Positions 40,771 through 56,111 of a stretch of 64,000 nucleotides of DNA are shown here, piece after piece. Source of the stretch: Octopus vulgaris (lineage: Eukaryota); the NCBI GenBank assembly GCA_951406725.2, contig OX597823.1, forward strand, positions 87,854,001-87,918,000, read 5' to 3'. Positions within the stretch are counted from its first letter, which is position 1. Every line of letters begins with the position of its first letter. The notes beneath the pieces were generated by a model. That model was not told the DNA's origin and did not search any database. It saw only the letters and a program-made list of their open reading frames with translations. A program made the position numbers and the translations under genes.

Positions 40771-41682
40771 CTGTAGATATCGAAGTTAGAATTAAGGAAA
40801 CAATCAACACTTACTCTCTGTTTGGTAAAGTAATATTAATCCTTCTTCTTATGCCAATTTATACAGTATATCTTTATATCATAACTGTTACTCTTTGCCG
40901 TGTAACCGAAAGCTAAAATATCGGAAATTTATTTTTTAAAGCTTACAATTGTTAACATTTGATAATTCTATGCAGGGCTGCATGTGACCATTTCAATGTT
41001 TCGGGATATATACATTGTTATCAATATATAGGGCTATCAACGAACAAATATGTAAACAACAAAAGTAGCTGTTACTTTAAGGATATTTATTCACTTTGGT
41101 CAATTACTTCAACCAATTAAATAACCCGCTAGATAAAATTAGATACAGTATTTTATACGAAAATGCAAGATAAACAAAAAATATAAAGCATTGTCAATCT
41201 GTGATCAGTCGGTTTACGTCTTATAATTAAGGCTAAATCTTCTAATGGACAAAACTAGAATTTTTTCAACGACAAATATGGATTTAAAAAAGCCGGAGTT
41301 AACAATATGGATCAATGTCTACACTTGAGATATTAACTTTCCCCGAAGAATTGATAGTTTCCATATAAGTAAACTTACATTCAAGCAAATTCTACATACA
41401 TCTCAGCATATCTGTGCGAATGTGTGCGTGTGTGATTACAAACAATGAATATAAACATGGACAGGCACAAGCACACTCACACTCCTTTACACGCGTATAT
41501 ACGTATTCATAAAGCAGCATATATTTACACATAATATACGGATATACAAAGACCTAACTGCACATGCACACGCATATAGTTACATACATGCAGACTTATA
41601 TTGATACATGAGCTTATTCAAACTATAAGTCTATAAAGCTGTTTATGCTACCGCATGCAATGGGTACACAGAGCGAAAAGGC

Positions 41683-42610
<928 letters not shown>

Positions 42611-43839
42611 ACACACACAAATATGAATGTGTGTGTATGTATACGCTCATTCTTCATGCAGTTTCATTAACTCAGACAAACCATAACTATGCTTCCGAAC
42701 AATTTTCCATCACATTTTGTAACAATACATGTAACACATATAAAGTTCGTATATAATATGAATTCTATTTTCTACATGACTGAAAGTAACCATTCGAAGA
42801 TGAGAAGAAACAGAACAAATGTTAGGATTTATGTAAGAATCGCTACATATAGAGATTCAAGTAGTGAGACAGAGCTACAGACATTAAACATTGTACTTTA
42901 GAGATTTTGAAGCATTAGATGTGCTGAGAGGGTCAAAGAGTTGGATGGGATTCAGAGGGAAGGAACTACATAAATAAAAATAATAATCCAAAATTTTGAA
43001 ATTTAATTAAAAGAAAACAAATGACATTCTTGATGGTAAACGTACAGTAATATATGTTGAGACATGTTGATACATACTATGTGCAGACGATAATAATCTT
43101 AAGCGTCATTTTATGTCCAATCTTTGTTTAATCTAGCTTTGTTAATAAGTTATCAACCCATAGACTATAAGTCAAAAGATAGAACATTACATATCACTAT
43201 ATATGATTGTAAAATAAGTTACTGGTATAGTGGAAACGTTGTCAGTTTTATAATTAGGACAAATAGTGTTATCTTTTGCACAGTGATGCGTAGGCACCAT
43301 CTTGCCAATGAACCCTCGATGCCAGGAATACAAGCATCAAGAATTACCTATTGAATGCAACAAGATCTAAATACAAAGATCGAAGACAGAAAACTACATA
43401 TTTCTAGAAAAAAGTATTTACACAAAATGCCATCAATACGTATACCAAAAATTTCCTCGAAACATATATTTGTCATTTGAAGAATATAAATCATGTGAGG
43501 ATCACCAGTTCAATATAATTCGTTAACATATAAGCTTGAGTAATAACTTTTAAACAATGCCTCAAAATCGGACCGCAAGCACGTAATCGATACAAAGGCC
43601 AATTCTTCATGAATTGCCAGAATTTGTACGTATCTCAAAATTCGTGAAAGTTCTGTATGTATTATTTATGTAAGGAGAGTTATTACTCCTAATACAAATA
43701 TATATATATATCTATATATATATATATATATGTACATATGAGTGTACTTATACATCAACACACACATATATATATATGTATATATATACATAATATATAT
43801 ACACATATATTCATACATATATATATATATATAAATACT

Positions 43840-43883
<44 letters not shown>

Positions 43884-43971
43884 TACATTGACAGAGCATT
43901 AAAATTTTTAAATGGTGAAGCATACATCCTCATAACTTGTTTATTACAGCATTATATACCTCACTTTTGGG

Positions 43972-44225
43972 AAGGCACGTGCCTTATTGAGTAGAGTATT
44001 TGGCTCACGATCGTAATGTAGGGAATTCATCTGGCAAAAATGAGTAGTACCTTTCTTTTAAAGGATCATCCTTATCATATTTTGTGTCACGCTGAATCTC
44101 CCTACATTAAGGGGTACGCGTGCCTGTGGAGTGCTCAGCCACTTGCATATTAATTTCACGAGTACGCTGTTCTGTTGATCTGATCAACAGGAACTATAGT
44201 CGTCGCAACTGACGGAGTTTCCATC
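43972..44225 (+). mobile_element. SINE (family of the 60787-61110 copy), internally deleted
   Basis: GTGTCACGCTGAATCTC..TTAAGGGGTACGCGTGCCTGTGGAGTGCTCAGCCACTTGCA matches the reverse complement of about 60865-60935. Confidence 0.8.
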
Positions 44226-46441
44226 ACTCATTTTCAGTTTAAATATCCTTGGATGCTGTATCTGTCTCAGCTTATGCATATATTTCATTTCTATCACAGA
44301 AATATCATTTTTCTTATAAGACCGTAGGTATGAGTGTGTTTGAGTTGGTATACCCCGGTGTGTATGTATCCATATGGATAAACATCTCTAATGTTAATAT
44401 TGAACAAATACAGAATGGTTATGAATATGCAGTGATACGGTGATATTAATTTCGCTCACCAATTGTCTTTTGATAATATTTTTAGATTCTTTGTCCTTGT
44501 TTATCTGCGGATCGGTGTATTTGTAATAATGAGTGCTTCTACAACTGCGTGCCAGCATGCCACAATGTAAATATATCGGATTTATTTATGTATGTATATA
44601 TGTATATATGTATGTATGTATGTATGTATTTATGTATGTATGTATGTCATCGTTCAGTTTTACTTCAAGATTTCTTGAAATATACATACATAATTCATAC
44701 ACATTTCTAACCTAGATTCAAGGCCCCTTCATTGGAATTTCAAGATCATGTTTGTATGCATGTATATGTGTAGATTTGTATGTGTTGATTTATGTATGTA
44801 TACTCATGGATGTGTATATATGTATGAATATATGTGAATATATCTATGTATGTATGTATGTATATGTAAATATGTGTAGAGTAGGTAGAATATATGTATG
44901 TGTATATACGTATGTATGTGTTTGTAAGTATGAGTGGATGTAACCATTTAGAATAGATGTGCAGATGTGTATGTGTGCATAATTGTATGTATACATGCAA
45001 CTCAATTGTCTGTCGTCTAAGGAATATGTAGCTATATCAAAAATACTATTCCGTACATATCCCTGCAAGTAATTTTAAATTAAAGCTTGAAAATTTTGAA
45101 AATTTATTGTTGTAAAATACAGTTAGCAGATTTATAATGCCCACAACTAAAAAAACTGTATACACACACACACCCACACACACACATATATACACGTTGC
45201 TTTATATATCAATTTACATTACCTGCCACGAGAAAAATTTACATTTGGCAATGGAATACTTTTAACCAATACGCATTTGTAACTAATGCAACTTCTAGAA
45301 GAGTGTTTATGTGCAGTCTGCTTTTGCAATATAACAAAATGAATACTATTTATGTAAGCATATATGTAAGGTTTTTTGGTGTATACATGTGTATATAGAT
45401 GTGTGTGTGTGTGTGTTGTGAATATTTGTGTCTGTAAATATATATTTCACAAACTATTTCATGTTGAAATTTCATGTTTCAGTTTATGAGAATTCTCCAG
45501 TAAATTTCGCGTACAAATTAGAAGGTAATCAATGTATGAAAAGTGTCGTAGAATATATACGTATGTGTGCGTGAGTGTAGGCCTCTCTCTCTCTCCACAC
45601 ACACACACATATATATATATATACATATATATATACACTTATGTATGGGCGTGTCTTTCTCTTTTTCTGAGTTATGCCTATTTCAGTACGAATGAATGTA
45701 ATATTATACTTGTGTGTGATATTTTCCCTCATGCTTTCTGTTTAAAACATTCTATTTAAAGTCAGAAAATACATTGAATTTTCATTCTTCAAACGACTTT
45801 TTTCTCATTTTAAAACAATTATTTTTTTATATATAGGAAATATGGTCCCTGATTTAAAATTTCAAATATAAATAATGACTTGAATCTATGTAAAGAATTA
45901 AAAGCAAATAAAAACGTATGTCTATGATAGTCATAAAACGAAATCTGTTACCAGAATTAAAATTTTGAAGAAAATAAACTATTAATCAAAATATATATTT
46001 TTCCATGATCATATGTTACCAAATAAATATGTATTTTATCTCTCCATGTGCATAATAGTTGTTTAAAATTCAAGTTTATGAGAATTTTGATAAAATCCTA
46101 AATTCCAAGCTTGCGATTAAAATAATATTTGCCACTAAAATGCATCTATCTCAGGAAACGTTTTGGAAAACTCTTCTTTCTGGAATCTATTGTTTATATT
46201 TTTTGTAAAGCAATTTCCAAATTGATTTCAAAACATTTATTTCATTAACAAACATTTTATATAACACAAGGAAATATATCACATAGAAACAATGAATTCA
46301 GTTTACGAAAATATATTATATGTATAGAGATTGCCTAAACGTTATGTATAATATATGCTCTAAAATGATGAACAAGCTGTCACACGTGTTCTCACGTAAG
46401 ACTGTGAAAACTTTCGCAACAGAAATAGTGTAAGCAGATAT

Positions 46442-46838
46442 GGATCTTTTCGGTTTGAACGGCAGTTTTTCTAGCAGTGTCATATGAAATAGTCACCCAT
46501 AATTATGACTCTAGTATCGATCTATTGCATTTCAATCTGTTTTAGGGTTAGGGGGTCTTTGTTTCTTCACAAATGTAAATAAACCCAATCTGTTTCTTAA
46601 ACGAGGGACATATTCATACGGCACAGAATGTTTTCACCTCAATAGACATCATTGATTGGTTGAAATTGCAGACTTTGAAGAAACAAACAACAAATATCTT
46701 ACAAACTATAGATGTTTCTCAATAAAGCCAAGAGAAAAATATGTTTTATAAACACATTGTACCAGTATACGAAGTTTAAAAGTGTTTAGTTACGTGGAAA
46801 TTATTTTTTAAAAACTGCCGGTCAAACCGAAAAGATCT
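46442..46838. mobile_element. MITE with about 29-bp TIRs and a perfect 8-bp TSD (Merlin-like)
   Basis: GGATCTTTTCGGTTTGAACGGCAGTTTTT / AAAAACTGCCGGTCAAACCGAAAAGATCT; TSD GCAGATAT at 46434-46441 and 46839-46846. Confidence 0.9.
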
Positions 46839-47289
46839 GCAGATATTTCTATGTAAGCGCGTTACAGTATCTCCACAATAAAGGATGAGATAGTTGTACT
46901 TCAGAATTGTTACTGATGTGCGTATTTTTCCAGTGTTAAACTGTATATATATTTTTACATGTACTGTATTAGGAAGATACATCACAGCCAATCAATTTGC
47001 GAAAATTGACAGGATCACAGGAATAGAAATTAGTGAAAAGTAGTTGAACTTGTGAAAACAAATCAACTAATTTCTAATTAATTGACAGAAAAGAGAAGAA
47101 ATGACCTTCAGCATTGGAAAATGAAAAGGCTGAGATACCTGATAACTTTCATGCAATTTAATTCTGGCCGGCGGTGAAACAATCGCAATTGTTTCAGTAA
47201 AGACCTGTTTTGTAATATTCTTGAACACAATATTTATAGCAATGGTTGAAAATCATTTCTTTATTTTATATCTTTTAGCATTTAGCTTT

Positions 47290-47612
47290 TATCCTTTACT
47301 TGTTTCAGTTATTAGACAGCTGCGATGCTGGGGCGCATCATTGAAAAACTGTAAGTGAATGAATCGACTCCAGTAATTTTTGAAGTCGTATTTATATCTA
47401 CTTCTTTGCCGAACCTGTACGTTACAGGGACGTAAACATACCGACATCGGTTTTGAAGCTGTGGTGAGAGACAAACAGACATAGAAACACACTCATATAT
47501 ATTACATCGAGTTTTTTTCGGCTGTCATCTACCAGATCCACCCACATGGCTTTGGTTGGCCCAAAGTTACAGAAGAAGACACTTGCCCAAGATTCCACGC
47601 ATTAGAACCGAA
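47290..47612 (-). mobile_element. Family-B SINE, degenerate
   Basis: TTTACTTGTTTCAGT..TTTGCCGAAC..GGACGTAAAC..AGAAGACACTTGCCCAAG. Confidence 0.8.
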
Positions 47613-47914
47613 CATTTTTTATTAGATTTTAAATGTACCTCCTGTTATTATTCGTCCTATATGACATAAATCTCTTGTCCAAAATTCATAACAGGCGGTT
47701 CAATATATTATTTGTTCCAGATCTCAGCCTATTTTTAACCCCAGGAACATCAATATGTCATTTCCTGCTAATGAACCTACGGAAGCAAGGACATTTTAAG
47801 TACTAAAGTTAAGGTATTTCAATTATGGCCTCGGTGGGTAATGCTAATTTATGATATGAAAAATCTGAATTGCGTCGTGGTGAGGATATACACACAAACG
47901 TATTTATATATTAA

Positions 47915-48319
47915 CTAGCATTATAGCCCGGCGTTGCTGGGTTTATTTTCTTTTCGACCCTTTAGAATTGGAATTTTTGAAAGGTAAAAATGCTGAATTA
48001 TGTAGCTCGTTATTCTCTTTAAGTGAACATTTTTCCGGTTGAAATACACCGAAAATGGTGACACGGCAGTGAAAGGAATCGTAAAAAATAGGGATGTTCA
48101 TAGTAAAGAAGCACCTTTTTGATATAAATAATTTTTTGTCTTAACATGGTCCGATTTGAACTTTTTCTTCTACGGAATGAAGAGCAAGCCTTCTTCTATC
48201 ATACTCTCAATTTTGGTCAACTTGCACCGCAGGTTCTTGGAGGAGATGGTGTTAGTTGAAGGCTGCCAAACCTGATACACACACACACACACGGACAACT
48301 TCAGATTTATATATAAAGA
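47915..48319 (-). mobile_element. Non-autonomous Helitron
   Basis: Minus strand starts A|TC(TTTATATATAAA) and ends with hairpin CCCAGCAACGCCGGG about 8 nt before CTAG|T; no TSD. Confidence 0.8.
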
Positions 48320-48539
48320 TTAGTAATATAAAGAGCAAAATTTACGCAAAAATCTACATTAGTTTACAGCCGTTACTTCGGTAAGAAACCATAAGATGTT
48401 ACTCATTCTTTCACAGCTGAGTGCGCTATTTCTTATAGCAGAAACAAATTTAAGCTCATGAAAGGGATTACAGAATTTCAATTCTGTTATTCATTAATTG
48501 ATAATCCGTTTTGTATTGACTTGATAAGTTACTCGAAAC

Positions 48540-48795
48540 CGGTGGTTCTCAACGGGATCCATATTATTATTGGGGGTCATCATAAGGCTCTGTTGTTAAG
48601 ATTTGTATACAATGCATTGGTTGTAATACTACAATGCACAAAATATTTTAACATTTTTTATACAATTCCTAAAAATATTTAATTATAAAAATCTAATAGG
48701 ATTTTGTTAACCATCAAATGGCTATGGGGTTCCGTCAATATTAATAGGAATCACAGGGTTCCATCAATAAAAAGAAAATCGTTGAGAGCTACTGC
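48540..48795. mobile_element. hAT-type MITE, degenerate
   Basis: CGGTGGTTCTCAACG / CGTTGAGAGCTACTG termini. Confidence 0.7.
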
Positions 48796-48881
48796 TGTAA
48801 ACCATAAGTATATTGAATTTCTTACAGCTCTTTACTGGCTCGGTACACCTCAAGAAAATTATCGTGTGTGTGTGTGTGTGT

Positions 48882-49088
48882 GTGTGCGGAAAAGTTCCTG
48901 GGTAAAATAAAATGTAAGAGGATCAGTTAATCATTATTTATTCCACATATTCCCTTCTCAGATTCACACCCTTATTGCGGCAGCCCTTCCGTTTTCCTAA
49001 GCCCTGTAAAAGAACTCGGGTGGTTGGGCCCTCAGCCAGGCCTTTCTCTATACCCTTCAAGCCAAGAACTTTTCAGCACCTCCTCGTG
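48882..49088. mobile_element. Mariner-derived MITE
   Basis: GTGCGGAAAAGTTCCTGG / CCAAGAACTTTTCAGCACCTCCTCG(TG)TA termini. Confidence 0.65.
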
Positions 49089-49619
49089 TATATTTGTATA
49101 TAAACCGAAATACAAGCATTAGCACTGCCAAATCTGTAAATTACACTGCATCTAAACAAGCATCTACTGAGTCATTTAATTACTACTGCTGTGAAAACAG
49201 TTGATAATATTAAAAAGCATAGTTTTTTACACTTTCAGTTTGTTTTAGTTTGCACTCAGTGAAAAGCATTTTTTTTTATTTTGAAAATTTGTATTTCCGT
49301 TTTCAAACACCAAGATTTTGTGGAACATATAAATGTTTTTCTGTTTTTTAAATCATATTATTTTGCACACAATAAACGTATGTGACAAAATCAAATTAAT
49401 GCAGACAATGCAATTATAATTATACTTTTCTTGACTGGACTTGAATTTCAATGATATTCTAAATTGTAATTTAGAAGCTAGGAAATTCTACAAAATATCG
49501 ATTAACTAATATTTTCTGCGTGTACTAATCAATGATGATTTTTCAAGTATGCTGAAATAAAATTATCTTCTATCAGACACATTGAGTATGAAGCAAATAT
49601 AACTGTTTGGTCGTATCTA

Positions 49620-49782
49620 CGTTTCTTTCAGTCATATGACTGCGGCCATACTGGAGCACTGCCTTTTAGTCGAAGAAATAACCCCTAAGACTTATTCTTT
49701 GTTAGCCTTGTACTTATTCTATCGGTCTCTTCTGCCGAACCACTAAGTTACGTGGACGTAAACGCACCAGCATCGGTTGTCA
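49620..49782 (-). mobile_element. Family-B SINE 3' part
   Basis: High similarity to 33210-33368. Confidence 0.85.
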
Positions 49783-50572
49783 AGTTTCAACATCACCTCC
49801 ATCGAAATAGTCACCTTGCGCGTTCCTACCACTTTTGGAATCTAGCCTGGAATTCGTTTTCCATAAGCGTGTCTTGGGCCTTCTGCGACTTGCTCTGCGT
49901 CTCGACAACGGAGTTACAACAGCGACCATTGATTCGCATTTTCATCTTAGGTAAAAGATAGAAATTTGCAGCTCCTAAATCTGGCGAAAGAGGTTGGTGC
50001 AGAAGCGATCCCATGTCATTTCTGCGAAAAACTCTCGAGTAAGGAGAGACAGGTGACAGGGCACATTGTCTTGGGCAATAATCAAATTCTTTGCCCACAA
50101 TAGAACCGGTCGGTTTCCCTGAATGTTTCTTTTAAACGCTTCAAAATGTCACAGTAGAACTCTTGTTTGATGGTCAGCCTCTGGGGCACGAATTCTCGGT
50201 ATACAATACCACGCATATGGAACAAAACAATAATCATGTTCTTGATTGAGCTGCGGCTCTGTCACGCCTTTTGAAGCATCCGTGCTACTCGGAACATTTC
50301 GTACGACCCATTGCTTCATCACCATATGTTCGTCGAAGCATGTTCAATATCTATGTAGCAGACATTCATAGTCTAACACAAAAACACAAAATTTCACTTT
50401 GGCTTTTGTCCCAACATCCTGTCCATGACAAAAAATCGCAGACAGACTGCAGTATGCACGTGATAACAGAAATACAAATTTCACTCGACATACTGCCTCA
50501 TGTAGGTCACTGCGCCTGAAGCCGTTAGGGCGTTAGAGAACTAATCCGGAAAAGTTTTGATACCACATCGTG
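49783..50572 (-). pseudogene. Internally deleted mariner transposase relic
   Basis: LLHQPLSPDLGAANFYLLPKMK (a YSPDLAP-like motif), FQARFQKW and C-terminal GDYFDGGD; TIR-like end at 50545-50572. Confidence 0.88.
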
Positions 50573-53500
50573 TATATATAAGACCAATGAGAAATGAAAG
50601 AAATCAACAGTAAAAAAAAAATATTTATTTGCATTCTGCATCTTATTTGACGACAAGGGAAACTGTACACTATCGTTTCACTTGATAGAAATAATTGTCA
50701 AATTCTTTATATTATACTCGAAACTCGTACAAGAGGAAGGGACACATTGAATAAAGTAATTCGAAACTGAATATATTGACAAAAAATATAAAGAAAATGA
50801 AATTATAACTGCTGAAACGCTTTTCATTTGAGATAAGCCGAATCAAGGCTGACAGCGGTTGAAACAGAAAACGCAGGAATGGAGAAATAGATTGATCCTT
50901 AATTACAAACTGCGTTCTTGATGAAAACAAAACGATTTAATCAGGGAATCACAATATATTACATTCTTTTAATTTTTAATATCAAATCAACTGAGTTTTG
51001 TATTTCCTTAATTAGGCTCCAGAAATCATTATTTGAATGTGGTTGATTAATCTTTTTATTCGAGCGAAATGGAAGCTAAAGTAATGCCAAGAGGGGTTTT
51101 TACTTTGAAATTATGGACAAAAGAATTACAACTATAATATTGTAATTATAAATCATATTCCGTATTACATCTTCCCCTTTCTATATTGGTTGTCAAAGCA
51201 TCAGGGTTTCTCATCTTCTTCTCGTTCTTACCGTCATGTAACTCTTCTAATATCTTCTAATTCTCCTTCACTCCTTAGGAATTCCCTCACAAATGTTACT
51301 ACTCTAAATGTTAGGCTTCCCATTTTCCACATAAGATATTTCTTCTATTATTTCAATTACTCATATAAATTTTTGCTGACGTAAACGACTTATAAAATAA
51401 CCGATTGTGCTACTCAAGGTAAAACATGAATCTAGAAATAAAAACCATTGCCAAAATAATAATTTAATCTTTTAAAGGGCAACGGTAGCAAGGTAAACGA
51501 AAGTACTACTATCCAGTAACACAATATCAGCAGGCAAAAAAGTTATAATGTAAAAGATTTCCGAAGCACCTCGTATAAACTTGCTAATAAGAAGGTTACG
51601 ACTTTGGGAGTGCCTCTAACACTGTTGTATATTGATTAGCTGCTATTCGCTTCAGCGAAAATGCATTTTATAGATATTTTTACCCCTTTTTTATAACAAT
51701 CTTATTTTTTGTTTAAGAGGATCATTTAAGAACTATTGAGTTTTTTGATAGTTTCTTGCTTTCATACCAGATTACCAACAAAATATCGACTTCCAAACAT
51801 TACTCATAAACCGTGCTAAATACATTGCGTAACATAACGAGCATAGTGCATGTAAAACCCACAATCCTTATACATATAAAGACGCAGCTGATAGCTGAAA
51901 ATTGGGAATTCCCCCTATTCCATGTCATATAATTTTTCTAACATTTTCATCAGTGTTCCTTTCATCGTTTCACTGAACAGATTCTTTTGTATCTCCGCTA
52001 ATCATCTTTCTATTATATGCACGATACACAAATGGCCTAGCCACCGTTCCCAGTGTAATAAGCATCGCTGACGTTTTCTCCCAAAGGAACCCTAATTGGC
52101 TGGATGTCATCCTTGTAAAGCAGTCAGATCTCTAATTTTATAGCATTTGTTTCTCTTATAACAACTCTCAATGCAACAACGTCAAAAGCCTTGCGTCCAA
52201 TTACTTCCATATTGTGTGAGTCCGTGTTCGTAATGATGTATAATCAAACGAAAACAAAATGGAAGCACAAAGAACTTATATAGAAACTACATAGCAAATT
52301 TGTTTTATGCAAGTCAACAGAATGCTACAGTTTTCTAAATATTCTTTCAGCAACATCCATAGCAAGCTTCTATTTGTCAGTCTTTTGCAGTAATTCTTCT
52401 TAGCTCAGTATCATAAATGAAATGCCTTAACTAATTCATTCAAATCATTTATGTAAGTGGTTTTAACATGCATAACATGGCATGAGTAAACATTCTCATA
52501 TGAAAGACTTGTGCGCAAATCCATACATAGAAACAAAAATTATTTAGAATATTTAATCCGATAGATTTAAGTCTTGTTACACTAAATGTTTTTATACTGA
52601 GAATACTGTCATAAAAATAATGCAGAATAATATGATACGTCGGATTTGTTGTGCTTTTCTGTCCGTTCAGTGCATTGCGGACTCTGTTCGTTTCACCTTC
52701 AACCAAGTGGAATCAATAATATTTAGTTTCGAGAGGTATTTCTTAATTGATTAGTTTTTCACTGGTTATTATTTCAAGGTGATTTCAGTAGACGTTGTTA
52801 ATTTTGATACATTAAATAGCCAATTATTGTTCATATTTAATGTATCAAAAACAACTTTTACAGGCAAATTATAGTTTCTTATGGAAGGAAACCTGTGACT
52901 TTCGTGTCGACTGAGTACATATATTAAATATGATACATACTTAGATACTTGTCAACGGAGTATGCTTATAATGCATATTTATACCCATCTAACATACATA
53001 GATATATATACGCGTGTGAATGTGTGTGCGTGTGAGTGTGTGTGTTTGTAAACTTGAAGAGAATAATGGACGTGGTACACGAGGAAGAATATTGAATGCA
53101 GAATTTCGAATAATATAGTTTAATAGTAGTCGAAATTCACTAACTATTGACAAAACCAAATGCTAAGATTTTCGTTATATTTTTGCGCTTCCGCTAAATA
53201 TTCTATAATATATGTTATAATATAATATAATATATATATATATATTTGCGCGTCCACGAATGTGTGTGCATATGTGTATATAAATCGGCAAATACATAAC
53301 TGTGGATTATAAATATAATAACGATATTTAAATTCAGGTTTCCGAAAGAAAAAGTAAGATATATATTAGATTTTTTTTTCTCTGTACAATAACTACACAT
53401 TCCATCGCCTGAATTATTTCATGAACATTTAGATATTTAAATCAATCTTCCACGCGTTCATTTCCTACTAACATATTTCCTTAAGGCTTTATGTGTAATT

Positions 53501-54011
53501 GAAAAAATAATAAAATTCGCTGTTGCTAAGACCATTTTAATTCGTCCCATTCTTCATATTTTGTGGTCTGCTTATCTGCTTTGTATCTCTCTTTCATAAA
53601 CTACAGAGCCGTACAGGATTTTAGTTTTTTCAGTTTATAATGAAATACGATAAAATCGATAAAAATACATAATAAAGGATTACATCTTGAAGGCTGCCGA
53701 TTAAGCTGTGTCTGATAAGTCAAAAGAAACGAAGAACAGAAAGCAATCGAACAAGCATACAACATATGCTCATACCATCTCGAGCACACTTTACATATAT
53801 ATAAGTATATATGCTTATCTCACACTCACACACACACACATATGCATACGTATACATATATACACAACGTATATATATATATATATATATTTATAGATAG
53901 ACAGACAGACAGATATATATATATATATATATAGATAGATGTATATATTATACATGCATATACAAGTGAGACGTTCGCAAATGTTTGTCTGTTTCTCACT
54001 CTCTCTCTCTG

Positions 54012-54074
<63 letters not shown>

Positions 54075-54731
54075 TACTGACTTTCATGGGAAACATGTAT
54101 TTTTGTGGTTGAAACCTTTTGGATTAACTAGTGCTAGAGTGAGCCATATAGTGACCACTCTCTTATATTTATTTTGTAAAAATATTATAATATATTATAA
54201 AATATTATAATAATCCAGGTTTCTCGGAGCACTAGGCCACTTGGTGTTGAATAGATATACTATTAAATTAGTATCTATTTCTCTCACCCTTATTAATTAA
54301 TTATATATATATATATATATATACATATGTATTTATGTATGTATGTATGTACATGCATGTACGTATATAAGGTAGCAGGTGTTGGTGTATATAAAAGAAG
54401 CTTTCAGTATATATAGCACAAGTGTCCGATGCATAAATTTGAATGACAGCATCAAGGGACGTACTGAAAGATATTACGCGAAATGTTCTAAGTTTATTAA
54501 CCGTTCTTTCCCTAAATGGTAAAAAAAAAAGGAGGAGAAAAAAACCTAGTGATATTATTAACGATGAAGACTGGGAGATCATGTGGAAAATAGAAATATA
54601 AGTATATATAAAGATACGAATTAAGATGGTTATGAAAAAAAAGCCTACATTATATGAGATTTGTATGTTTGTGCACGTCTGTGTTTGTATGCATGTGGGA
54701 TTTTTGTGCGTATATATTCTTGTGTGTTTAT

Positions 54732-54783
<52 letters not shown>

Positions 54784-54984
54784 TTACGCATGCATGTACT
54801 GATACACACAAACACACACACACATGCAGACATCACTATATTGTTACAAAGCTCGCTTAACGACCATGGACAAGTACCTTCAACTCTAGTACTCGACCAA
54901 CCAATGCCTTATGAGTGTATGTTGTAGATGGAAACTGTGTGGAAGGCCGTTGTCAATGGGGTCCTGTTTCGAAATGTCAATAAA

Positions 54985-55155
54985 CCAAAGAATAAGGCGC
55001 TGGCTTGTCTGTGTGGTAAAAAGCATACTTTCCAAATACATGGCTCTGGGTTCAGTTCTACTGCGTGGCACCTTGGGTAAGTGTTTTATACTGTAGTCTT
55101 GGGCCGACTAAAGCCTTGTGAGTGGATTTGGTAGACAGAAACTGAAAGAAGCACC
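54985..55155 (+). mobile_element. Family-B SINE 5' part
   Basis: TGTGTGGTAAAAAGC..GGGTTCAGTTCTACTGCGTGGCACCTTGGGTAAGTGT..GTGGATTTGGTAGACAGAAACTGAAAGAAGC. Confidence 0.85.
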
Positions 55156-55223
55156 TGAGTATATATTCACCATCATATATATTGGGTTGGTGCATAATTA
55201 TTGTGGCTTTTTTCAACAAATTT

Positions 55224-55260
<37 letters not shown>

Positions 55261-55509
55261 GTTTGTGTGTTGTGTGTGTCCACTCCTTTCCTCCGACACT
55301 TTCTGCAATTTTATCCAGGCCTCTGAGCTATGACTCTCCCTGTCAATCATACACTACACACCTTCCTTCCAAGCACAGCGGAAGTAAGGTAGAACGTTAA
55401 AACTTAGTGCGTCTGCACAGCAGAGTTAAGGATCAATCTTTGCCAAGCGGCTTTACTCCGCGTGTCGTAGCTTCCTTATTATGGCAACAGTTTATAGTCA
55501 TCATTAAAG

Positions 55510-55848
55510 AGACAGAGGGTGCTATGTGGTACCGGCATTGCTAGAAATAAGAGTCAAAACAACCTAAATGCAGTATCATAATGACTGAGAAGGGTTATAA
55601 ATTCCCGAACTGACGTAGCCAGTTCACCGGTTTTCTTGTAAGCTGACATGGTGAGTTGAGTTTAACCCTAGGCGCAGTAAAAGTCCACTGATGAGAATTG
55701 AGATTCTCAGCATCAAAATTCGAAATCACCGGTGATCTGGCTACGTCCGTTAGGGAATATATTTGCCTTGTCAGTCATTAAGATAGTGCATTTGTAGCTA
55801 ATATGTTGTGTACATTCTTATTTCTTGCATTGCCGGTACCACTCTGTC
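55510..55848. mobile_element. Fold-back element (about 120-bp diverged arms) enclosing a hammerhead
   Basis: 55510-55631 pairs with 55728-55848 (GTGGTACCGGCA/TGCCGGTACCAC, AATGACTGA/TCAGTCATT, GACGTAGCCAG/CTGGCTACGTC). Confidence 0.85.
55682..55742 (+). ncRNA. Type I hammerhead ribozyme
   Basis: AGTCCA-CTGATGA-GAATT(17 nt)AATTC-GAAA-TCACCGGTGA-TC-TGGCT; intact core, G-C closing pair on stem II, 10-nt palindromic stem III, AUC triplet. Confidence 0.85.
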
Positions 55849-56064
55849 ACTTCAGTGACGTCTAGATATAGTGAAAATTTTACAAAAAAAAAACACCAAA
55901 AGACAAAAACGAGTGTGTATGTGCATACTTACATAAATACAAATAAGCATATATATCTATATCTGTATATATAATATTTATATATATAAATATATAGATA
56001 GATAGAAAGATATGCATATATGTGTGTGTGTGCGCATGTGTGTGTATGTATGTATTTATTTATT

Positions 56065-56111
<47 letters not shown>

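Noticed and set aside
46542-46553. Interstitial telomere
   Set aside because: Only two hexamers, and they lie inside a MITE.
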